This document shows, piece after piece, positions 54,076 to 64,000 of a stretch of DNA of 64,000 nucleotides (position 1 is its first letter; every line of letters starts with the position of its first letter). The DNA is taken from NCBI GenBank assembly GCA_951406725.2, contig OX597815.1, positions 151,466,001 through 151,530,000 of the forward strand, in the 5' to 3' direction. This DNA is from Octopus vulgaris. Its lineage: Eukaryota. A program made the translations under genes and the position numbers. A model generated the notes under the pieces. That model saw only the letters and a list, made by a program, of their open reading frames with translations, had not been told where the DNA came from and ran no database searches.

Positions 54076-55017
54076 GTTAGGAAGGGCATACAGCCATAGA
54101 AACACTGCCAAATCTGACTGGGCCTGATGAAGCCTTCCGGCTTCACAGACCCCAGTTAAACCGTCCAACCCATGCTAGCATGGAAAACGGACGCTAAATG
54201 ATGATGATGATGATGATGATATACATATATATATATACATACACACACACACACACACACACAAAGCACATATATATATGTTTGCAAATGGTTGGCATTA
54301 GGAAGGGCATCCAGCCATAGAAAACCAGAAAATCAGACTGGAGCCTGGCACAGCTTTCCAGTGTGCCATCCCAATGAAACTGTCCAACCCATACCAGCAT
54401 GGACAATAGACGTTAAATGATGATGATGATAAGGGTTGAAAGGAATCAGGTACTTAAGTGATAGGCACCAGATTGGTCCAAAATTTAACTTGTAAACAGC
54501 TCCTTTAGTTGAGTAAATATCATTGCAACCAAAGTACATCCAGTGAAAAAATTCAGGTTATGTATACAGAGAATTTATCCCTTATGTGTATTTTAATACC
54601 TTATGGGCTAATCTAAAAGTGCATATTGTATTGGTCATACATTATTTGATACACTCCAGAATATCCAATGGGCTGAGATTCCAACGATGAATGCCAGTCA
54701 CTTCATATGTGTATACATATTTATTAAAAGCATGAAACAGGGAGTAATATCACAGTCGACAACTGAGGAGGAGTTAGACTTCTGTTGGTATTTTGTCCCA
54801 TACATATCTCTTGTGTGTTTACGTATTTTTCACTCATTGGTGATGTCCTGCTCTTAATGTTTACTTTACATTTATTTAATAATTCAGTGCTACGCAGCCC
54901 TTGTCAACGGTAAGTTTATATATATACAGGGGAAGAATTCACAAAAAAAAAAGACGAACACAGGTGGTGTAGAAAACAAACAGATGTATTAGTATACTGC
55001 TTGGGAAGTGAAAAAGT

Positions 55018-55053
55018 CTTTAACGTTTCGAGCCTACGCTCTTCCTCAGAAAG
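55018..55053 (-). ncRNA. Minimal hammerhead ribozyme motif in a Penelope-type terminal repeat
   Basis: Minus strand CTTT-CTGAGGA-a-GAGC(gtag)GCTC-GAAAC-GTT-AAAG. Stem III is reduced to the palindrome AACGTT. Confidence 0.6.
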
Positions 55054-55104
55054 GAACACAGAAAGAAACAAGAAGAGAAAATAAAGAATGTGTAGTGGCT
55101 AGCG

Positions 55105-55138
<34 letters not shown>

Positions 55139-55142
55139 TTTC

Positions 55143-55358
55143 AGAGTGAGAGAAAGAGAGTGAGAGTTTGAGTGAGAGAAAGTGAGTGGGAGAGAGAAAG
55201 AGAGTGTGTGGGAGAGAGAAAGAAAGAGAGAGTGAGAAAGAAAGTGAGAGTGAGAGAGAGAGAGAGAGTGTGAGAGAGACTGAGGAGAAAGAGGGAGAGA
55301 GAGTAAGAGAGAGAGATTAAGAAAGAAAGTGAGAGTTAGAGAGAGAGAGTGTGAGAGA
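55143..55358. repeat. GA-rich low-complexity tract
   Basis: Direct reading. Confidence 0.9.
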
Positions 55359-55823
55359 ATTCCTTGTTCTTGTTCTTTCTGTTGACTAAAACTTTTGTCT
55401 TTGCTTGGTTGCTTGGTTGGCTTTAAGTATTGAATGGAAGCATGAGCCAGCCTTCATGAACACCTGCCTGCTGACACACACACACACACATACACATACA
55501 CAATATACATATGTATATGCATATACATACGTATCTGTATGTATGTGTGTCTACATGTAACTATGTGTCTGTGTATATGCATGAGTTTTCTGGGGGAGGG
55601 GTCGATTTAATTGACTTGGCTTCTCTTGCAAAATGTGTGGCCTTGTACCAGAATTAGAAAATAATACACACACATGCACACACAAAACTATATGCCATCA
55701 AACATAACATAGATGCATTCACATACATACACATATTCACACATACATATACATACATAACACATACATACACATATACATACACACATACATATACACA
55801 TACATACACACTATTTGGCAGTA

Positions 55824-56189
55824 TTATTACCTCTGCCTTAGCGAAGGCAGAGGTATTGTTTTCAGTCGTGTTTGTTTGTTTGTGGATAAGATATCTCAAG
55901 AACTGCTTGATGGATTTGGATGAAACTTTCAGAGATGTTTAGCCTCATGACTAGCACAAACTGATTAGATTTTGGGATCAGTCTAGTACCGGACAAGGAT
56001 TCTGGATTATTTTTCCCTTTTTTTTTACTTTATTTTCGAGAGCGGTCGGGTTCATTTTTATTATTCTCTTTTGTGAGAGCAGTCAAGTTTATTTTAGATA
56101 TTCTCATTTTAAAAATCATCTCTGGCTAATCGTTGAGAGGACGTTGGTGTTGACTTGGAAGAGGTTTGTGCTCTCTGAATGTTCTTGTT
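55824..56189 (+). mobile_element. Helentron-associated (HINE/DINE-1-like) non-autonomous element
   Basis: 5' hairpin TACCTCTGCCTTagcgAAGGCAGAGGTA, then (GTTT)n, the ATATCTCAAGAAC...GATGAAACTTT block, a 3' subterminal repeat GGAAGAGGT and a short terminal stem-loop. Confidence 0.6.
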
Positions 56190-57008
56190 GATATCTAATA
56201 TTGGCACAAGGCTTCAAATCTGATTTGTTTTTTATTGATGGGATGGGAAAAAAAATCAATTAGCTCAACCACATTATTTGGTTGGTACTTTATTTCAATG
56301 ACCCTCTGCTCAAAAAAGAAAAATATGAAAGACAAAGTTGACCTTCCTGGAGAAGACAAAATCCTGTTTGCAGCCATCTTTATTTTGCTAGAAGTGTACA
56401 TGTTTAAAAGGTTTAAAATCCTTTTTATTTAACCCTTTAGTACTTAAACTGGTTATATCTGGCCCAAGAATTCTACCTGTTTCATGTTCAAACTGACCAG
56501 ATCCAGCCGCTCACACCTACCTTACAATGTCATTCTTAAAATATACCATCACATCATTGAAATGTCTAAGCTACAAGATAATGCATGATTAATTCAAAAC
56601 AATGTGAATAAATAAGCATTACATTTGACAGGGACCCCGTCACTCATATATACACATAAAAAGGGCCTGTTCAAGGGTCTATTTAACTGACTTAGGGCCT
56701 GTCACAAAACATGCAGCCTTGTACCAGAGTTATGCATGCAGACACATACTCATGCACAGACAGACACACACACATGTAAATATGTCATCTGACTGTGGCC
56801 ATGCTGGAGCACCGCCTTTAGTTGAACAAATCGACCCCAGGATTTATTCTTTGTAAGCCTAGTACTTATTCCTTCAATCTCTTTTTATTGAACTGCTAAG
56901 TGACGGGGAGGTAAACACACCATCGGTTGTCAAACAATGGTGGAGGGACAAACACAGGTACAAATAACAAATACATACGTACATATATATATATAAATAT
57001 ATATATAC

Positions 57009-57069
<61 letters not shown>

Positions 57070-57160
57070 GCATGTATATATATGTATATATATGTGTATA
57101 TATATATGTATGTATATATATATATGTGTGTGTGTGTGTGTATGTATATATATATGTATG

Positions 57161-57201
<41 letters not shown>

Positions 57202-57632
57202 GACAGCGGGTTTCTTTCAGTTTCCATCAACCAAATCTACTCAAGGCTTCTTTTTTTTCCCTTGCTTTTTCTATCACATAACTTAATTTTATGAATGAAC
57301 AATTTATCTTAATGTCCTACCAATGTATACAGTGAGAGTTTCTTTGCCCTAGGTGCCAGGAATACAGTTGGAAAGAAATAGAAACAAAATTGAAAGAATT
57401 AATTATAATAATGATTTTAAATTTTGGCACGAGGCCGACATTTTTGGGGAGGCACTAAGTCGATTGCCTTGACCCCAATACTCAACTGGTGCTTATTTTA
57501 TCAACACCCCAAAGGATGAAAGATGAAGTTGATGTCATCGGAATTTGAACTCAGAACATGTGGATGGACAAAATGTTACTAAGCCTTTAGCTTGGAATTC
57601 TAATAATTATGGCAGCTTTAGTAATAATAATG

Positions 57633-57664
<32 letters not shown>

Positions 57665-57665
<1 letters not shown>

Positions 57666-58215
57666 TTTGCCCTTATGCAGTACCAGGCAGTGGCTTTCGT
57701 GGCTTCTGATCTTAACTGATTGGAAGTTTTATTATGTATATGCTTTGTCTTGGTATGAACGATGAGCTACACCAAATATTCTGCTCAATACCACAGATTT
57801 GCTTGTCATTTGATTGACCTTGACCATTTGAGCATGTCCCAAAGTAGCTGACAATATGTGCATCTCTGATCACTAGCAGAAGTAGAGGCAGAGCATCATA
57901 GCCATGCGTCGAGAGGAATTATTTGGGATTTGGATAATTCAACTTTAGAAACATGAGTGTTTCATTCAACATCTTTAAACAACGCTTATTCAGGGACTTT
58001 TTGAGTGAATTAACTACTGAAGAAAATTCTAATGGGCCCCTCCTGCAAGGTCATGCACTGTTTATCTTGATATGGACTCACCATGTCGTCCACATATGGT
58101 TATGATGGATGTGCCCATTGTACCCTTATCAGATGGGTAGTCATGATGGGTATACTGGGCTTTGTATATTTTACCTCAGTGTCACTTTGATGGCATGCAC
58201 TGCTCACTCACTCAA
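57665..58215. repeat. Interspersed repeat of about 550 bp flanked by (AAT)n
   Basis: Near-collinear copies at about 36120-36930 (interrupted by an RTE tail) and 50698-51251 (reverse). Confidence 0.8.
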
Positions 58216-59124
58216 TAATAATAATAATAATAATAATGATAATAATAATATTTTCAAATTTTGCCACAGAGCCTGTAATTCCAGGGGAGGGGGGTAACTT
58301 GATTACATCAGCCCCAATGTTCAACTGGTACTTATTTTATTGACCCCGAAAGAATGAAAAGCAAAGTTGACTTTGGCAGAATTTGAACTCAGAATATGAA
58401 AACGGACAAAATGCCACTAAGCATTTTTCCCGGTGTGCTAATGATTCTGTAAGCTCACCGGCTTAACAATAACAACAACAACAATAATAATGATAATAAT
58501 TACAATAATGATAATGATAATGATCATGGAAAACGATTAAGAATAAGTTTATATTTTGCTAAACATAATGTGTTTGATTAACTGTTGAATATATCTATAT
58601 GTTCATATATTCAACAAATATATTAATATTTTTGAGTTGAAATTCTTTATTAGATATTATAGGAAAGTATGACAGATTTGGCAAAGGTTGTGAGGTTACT
58701 GGACCAGGTTACTGAGTACACGGTCATGAGGTCATATATGACCCTTTCTTTCTGTTGTGCTTATTGACAGGCTTTTCACTGCTGTAATTTGCTAGGCTGA
58801 CAAGCAGGTTCCACTCTTTTCATCTTCATAGTTGAGAATGAAGTTGTAAGAAAGATCAACCTAACTGAAAAGAAAAGAAAACAAAAACATTATTCCGACA
58901 TAATGGTAAACATCTAAATTTATAAAATCAATCAATTGCAGGGCAGCATAGATGATGTATGCAAAAGAAACAGGGGAATGGTGGTCGGTGGTGGTAGAGA
59001 AATTTACCTTAAAACGAAAGTACAAAAAAATTAAATATTATAAAAAAATCTAGTCTACTTTCAGTTCTGCATTATCTCCCCTGATTTATTTACTTCTCCC
59101 CTTATTTTTTTCATCCAATCTCCT

Positions 59125-59300
59125 TTCCGATCGCGCTCTCTCTCTCTCTCTCTTTCTCTCTCTATCGGTCTCTCTGTCTCTCCGTCTGTCTCTCTCTGTC
59201 TGTATGTCTCTCACTCTCTGTCTATCTTCTTTTCTTCCTCTCTCTTTATTTCTATCTATCTCTCATTTCAGGAGAGTAACTCATACCAAAATGGCGGAAT
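59125..59300 (+). promoter_or_regulatory. Probable DNAJC8 promoter/5' region
   Basis: CpG-containing sequence resumes here. There is a long CT-rich tract and a YY1-like CAAAATGGCGG overlapping the start codon. Confidence 0.4.
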
Positions 59301-59350
59301 CGACTTCGACAGACAACGTTGAAGAAGCTTTTAGTAATTTTTATACAGAA
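59291..59350 (+). CDS. DNAJC8: DnaJ homolog subfamily C member 8, first coding exon
   Basis: MAESTSTDNVEEAFSNFYTE followed by donor GTAAGT. Matches the recalled DNAJC8 N-terminus (EEAFxxFYxE|VKQIEKRD). Start context CAAAATGGCG. Later exons were not found in this window. Confidence 0.82.
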
Positions 59351-60479
59351 GTAAGTATTTTATACTTTTTATTTGACAGACTTGCCGCATCTCTTTGAAG
59401 CTATTGACTCGTGTACGTGTACATGTAAAAAACTCTGTCTAATTTTATAAATAGAGCTTTATATTAATGGTGTCAAACCATCGTTTATGAACATTCCTCT
59501 AGTTTCATACGTATGTATACGCTGTGTGTATATATACATACATATACATATGTATATATATGATATGATATATATATATATCATCTGGTTTAGACCCTAT
59601 ATTTTTTTAAATATGTTATTTACATATGTACTATCTCTTCGATTTCACGTTTCGCCCCACAATTGTAATCTTTTTTTGGAGACCTTGTATACACACACAT
59701 ATATATATATATACATACATAAAGATTATTACAATTGTGGGACGAAACGTGAAATCAAGATAATATACATACATACACACACATATATACATATACATAT
59801 ATATATTCACGTCCAAGACTTTAATCTGAAAGCGGACAAGTTTAAGGATAAATGATGAGGCTTATATAGATAAGACTAGGAAATTCTATCCCAACCTTGT
59901 TTATAAAGCAGGTATAAATGGTATTTTTAACTACGGCAATTCAAACGAGAAGAATGAACGAAGTCTATACACTCTTCTTATCAATGGATCAGTAACAATG
60001 CTCAGCACTCTTCATATTCACGTTTCTTTCTTTTTTTTTTAAGTTAATTTTCTTTAAAATAATAATTTTTTAAAGAAGACACTCGATTAGTTTGCTTGTC
60101 CACTAATGCGTGCGTTTAAACACATTTAATCACTGCAGTTAGAATACTGTTAATATGCATGCAGTGTTCTTTTATGTAAGAATGTGCGACTAGTTTGACT
60201 GAAGAAATCAGCGGAACAAATCTATAAGTAAACCAATTTAAGCATTGATTTTGTAAGAAACAAGCGCTACATTATACACACTGCTTGTATATTTAAGATT
60301 GTATAACTTTGCGACTTTACTTTTGAATATATTAAAAACTGTATAAGCAAGAATAAGCGTGGTTTGATGTCTCTCTCCGATTTTGTTTTTCTCTTCAATT
60401 GTTCACAAATGCATACTTTATCGCGCGCGCGCACATACACTTTAATTACCACTACTAATACTACTTGTACTTTCGATTG

Positions 60480-63400
60480 AGGCACAACGCCAGTAATTTT
60501 GACGGGGGACGGGTAGTTAATTGATCGCAGTACTTGACAGGAACTTTATTTTATCGACGCCCCGAAAGGTTGAGAGGCAGTATTTGACCTCGGCAAGATT
60601 TGAACCCAAACCGCTAAGGGCCGGTACAAAATACCGCAAAGCATTTTTTAAAATTGAATCTCTAATGATTCTGTCAGCCCATCGCCATAATAATTATAAT
60701 AACAATAATATATTCTTAGGAATTTTGACACAAGGCTGTGATTTTTGAAGGGGAGGGGTAAGTCGATACCATTACTTCACTGGTGCTTTGTTTTTATCGA
60801 TCCTCGAGGTATTAAAGGGAAAATTTATCTCGGCGGGATTACAATTCAGAACGTGAAGAACCGGAAGAAAAACCGCTTGGCACTTACCCGACGCTTTAAC
60901 TATTCTGCCAGCTCCCCGCCATAATAAATAATAATAAACATCTGTGTGTGTGTGCGCGCAGACAATCCAGTGAGGTTTATGTAGTTCGTTTCCTGCCAAG
61001 GAGCTATATTTTTCTTTCTTGAATTGTTTACAAATTGATATACCTGTATTTTGTTATATATATATGTGTGTGTGTGTGTGTGAGAGAGATATGTGTCACA
61101 GAAATATACACGCACGCACCAAACTTTACAGCATTCGCGTTTCGTATAAATTGCGAGTAAACGAGTGGGTGATGTTATTCATGAATGTTAGATATATTTG
61201 GATAACGTCTGTATCTAAATAAACAAGCAATTAAAAAGACCCCCCTCCCCCCGGAATGCATCCTGCCAAGTTATGCTGTTTGTATTTTCTTATATCATCT
61301 CGGTCAAGTTTCGTTCGTCTCCAGCTGCCTGCTGAGGTCATTCTTTTCATTAAAGTACTTTATTTTCAATGCAGAGGTGCTGTGCACTATTTGCCGATTG
61401 TTACCTTAGCACTCCCAATGGAATAGTGATTGTTTAAATTTTTTCTCTCATTCGTGCTAAAAAAAGAGAACAAAAAAAAGGTCAAAATTCTGCCGGAGTA
61501 TCGGTAACAAGTGCCCGTTGTGTAGAAACGTTAGAGCTCCGATAAAATGGCTTTTGATATTTATTCCTACTCTTTACGGTCTGAGTTCAAACCCTGCTGA
61601 GTCGAGTTCGACTTTGCCTTATATCATCGTGCGATCGATAAAATAGACTACTATTCAAGTTGTGGGGTCGATTTAATCGACTGTGTCCGTCCTCCTCTCT
61701 CCAAATTCCTAGTCTAGTACCTACATTACATTCAGTCAGGTTCTTCTTGTGTCTGAGGGACTTATGATAGCGATTCTCGTTTTGAAGCTCTCTCATGTCT
61801 ATGCTATCATATATCATTTCATTCAGCTTCTTATGTAAACTCCTTCCTCGCAACTCTTTGTAATCTGCTGCCCCACTCCGTTACTCGTCGCCTTTGTGCT
61901 AATAATAATGAAAAGATTTGACAGAATCGTTTGAATGGCAGTGTTTGTTCCGGCTCCTTATGTTCTAACTTCAAATCCCGCCGGAGTTGACTTTGCCTTT
62001 CATCCTCCCGTTGTGAAATGGTGGTGGTGGTGGTGGGATCAGTAAAATGAAGTACCAGCCATTTAAGTAACTTAAAGCCGATTTAATCGACTAACTTCCC
62101 CCTCCACTGCCATATTTCTGGTCTTGTGCCTCTGTTAGAAATTATCATTCTTTATTATTGAATTATTTGATTAATATCTAATATTGATTTTTGCTGTAGA
62201 GATATAAGCTATTTTTTTTTAAATGGGGAATGAGATGGAAAGCTTTTTTCTCGGACCAAAACGATTAAAAGGATTCGAAGCTGTGATTGAAAACTGGATC
62301 GCGAAGCCAACACATCCTTAGATGTGTCTCCATGCTCCACTTCACCATTTAGTGGTGTGTGTGTGTGTGTCTGCCTTTAGGTACAAATGCTTTACATTTT
62401 AAAGGAAGTGTGTTGTAGAAAGAAGTCTTATCGGCCGTCAGCAGCTCCGTTAGTGAATTGGCTTCAAACCGTGAATGAAATGTTCACGCCACCAGCACTG
62501 GAACTTCGTCTCTTACATTTTTGACTCCCTTTTTTAACTCACTGGAACTGAGACAAATTAATACGTTGAGAAGGGAGATGAGAAGATTCAGTGGCATCCA
62601 GTTTTCCTCCAGTGCACCGATGAAAGTCGAAGTAAACCGGCTCCTGCTGGGAATAGAAAACTGGGTCTCAAGCATAGTTTATCGATCGCAATATATTATC
62701 GATCACAGAAAGATGAAGAGTGAATTCGTTAGCTTACTGCTAATTTATCGGGTCCTGTTTATGTAGTTAGGTAAGAGTCGGACGAATTATATTGTTAGCG
62801 TTGCATGTTCAAATTCTGCCAATTTATCTTTCATCTTTATCCGGTCGATAAAATAAGTATCGTTAATATGCAGGAATCGATTAAATGGACAAGTCATCTC
62901 ATTAATTTTGTGGCCTTCTGTCTATAACAGCAGTCATCACAGTTGTTATTCGCGACTTCAGGGCCGGAATAATTAAAAACTTACCTGTCAGATAAACTAA
63001 TCGTGTGCCCCCTTCTAAATTTAAGATCTTGTGTCCGTCTCAATAGTGTTTCTATTCAAATGCATGACATTCCTGAGAATAACGTTTATTTAATCATTTC
63101 TTACCAACTCTTAAAGGTTTATTTAAAGCTTCATAGTTTGTTTTCCCTATCACAAACTCAGAAGATATTCTTTTCTACTCTAAGCACAAGGCCCGAAATT
63201 TTTGGGGAAGGTGGGGGAGGGGGCAGTTGATTAGATCAACCCCAGTACGCAGCTGGTACTAAATTTATCGACCCTGAAAGGATAAAAGGCAAAGTCGACC
63301 TCGGCGGAATTTGAACTCAGAACATAAAGACAAACGAAATACCTATTTTTTTACCACCCACAAGGGGCTAAACACAGAGAGGACAAACAAGGACAGACAC

Positions 63401-64000
63401 ACGGATTAAGTCGATTATATCGACTCCAGTGCGTAACTGGTACTTATGTAATCGACCCCGAAAGGATGAAAGGCAAAGTCGACCTCGGCGGAATTTGAAC
63501 TAAGAACGTAGCGGCAGACGAAATACCGCTAAGCATTTCGTCCGGAGTACTTAGCGTTTTTGCCAGCTCGTTGCCTTACAAATTCGGAAGATATTGTAAA
63601 TGAACTGTGACCGTCCTTTTAATTGACTAAGGAATGTATTTTTGCTCATTTTATTTCTGCTTGTTTCCCACATTATTACAGAATTATAATTCTGAGATGA
63701 AGTTATTATTGCTCAGGCGGCGAGCTGGCAGAATCGTTAGCATGCCGGACAAAATACTTAGCGGCATTTTGTCCGTCTTTACGTTCTGAGTTCAGATTCC
63801 ACCGAGGTCAGCTTTGCCTTTCATCCTTTCGGGGTCGATAAAATAGGTACCAGTAGAGTACTGGAGTCGCTTACATCGACTAGTCCCCTTCTCTAAAATT
63901 TCAGACCCTGTGCCTATGGTAGAACGGATTGTTATCATTACTTGAAAGCGGCGAGCTGGCAGAACCGCCGGGCAAAATGATTAGCGGCATTTCGTCCGTC
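60480..64000. mobile_element. Multiple family-A SINEs on both strands in DNAJC8 intron 1, with CpGs retained
   Basis: Copies at about 60480-60690(-), 60720-60920(-), 61490-61725, 61915-62140, 62770-62925, 63175-63580(-), 63716-63930 and 63947-64000. Confidence 0.85.

Noticed and set aside
54122-54146. CTGATGA followed by the hairpin AGCC-ttcc-GGCT
   Set aside because: No GAAA follows stem II. It is part of an RTE-tail repeat, so not a hammerhead.
62484-62766. Overlapping 63-aa and 81-aa ORFs in GC-richer unique sequence
   Set aside because: No recognisable domain, no fitting splice sites, and no match to the expected DNAJC8 exon 2 (VKQIEKRD-like).

Overview
AT-rich, repeat-dense animal genomic DNA, most likely an octopus or other coleoid cephalopod judging by the SINE families, the RTE LINE and the (TA)n/(GATA)n load (inferred, not searched). 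Almost all ORF-track entries are microsatellite or transposon artefacts. Two host genes can be read, both on +. (1) A multi-exon Bcl-2-family gene (coding exons 8697-23099, about 591 aa) of the Bcl-G/Bcl2L12/Bfk type. It has an N-terminal BH4-like helix, a very long basic Ser-rich loop, a DEVD|G caspase site just before BH3, BH2 split by the family intron after GGW, and no TM anchor. It also has a frame-preserving candidate cassette exon with a single in-frame TGA. (2) The first coding exon of DNAJC8 (59291-59350). The rest is decayed RTE, CR1, R4/Dong and Penelope retroelements, Tc1/mariner, hAT, piggyBac and Helentron-type elements, and tRNA-derived SINEs. The most notable hidden layer is a set of hammerhead-ribozyme (HHR) motifs in several Penelope-type repeat families: one complete type I HHR, a near-perfect 326-bp palindrome with an HHR on each strand, a tRNA-headed SINE with an HHR-bearing tail, and a retrozyme-like two-HHR insertion with a 13-bp target duplication. 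Several fold-back palindromes of different ages are also present.
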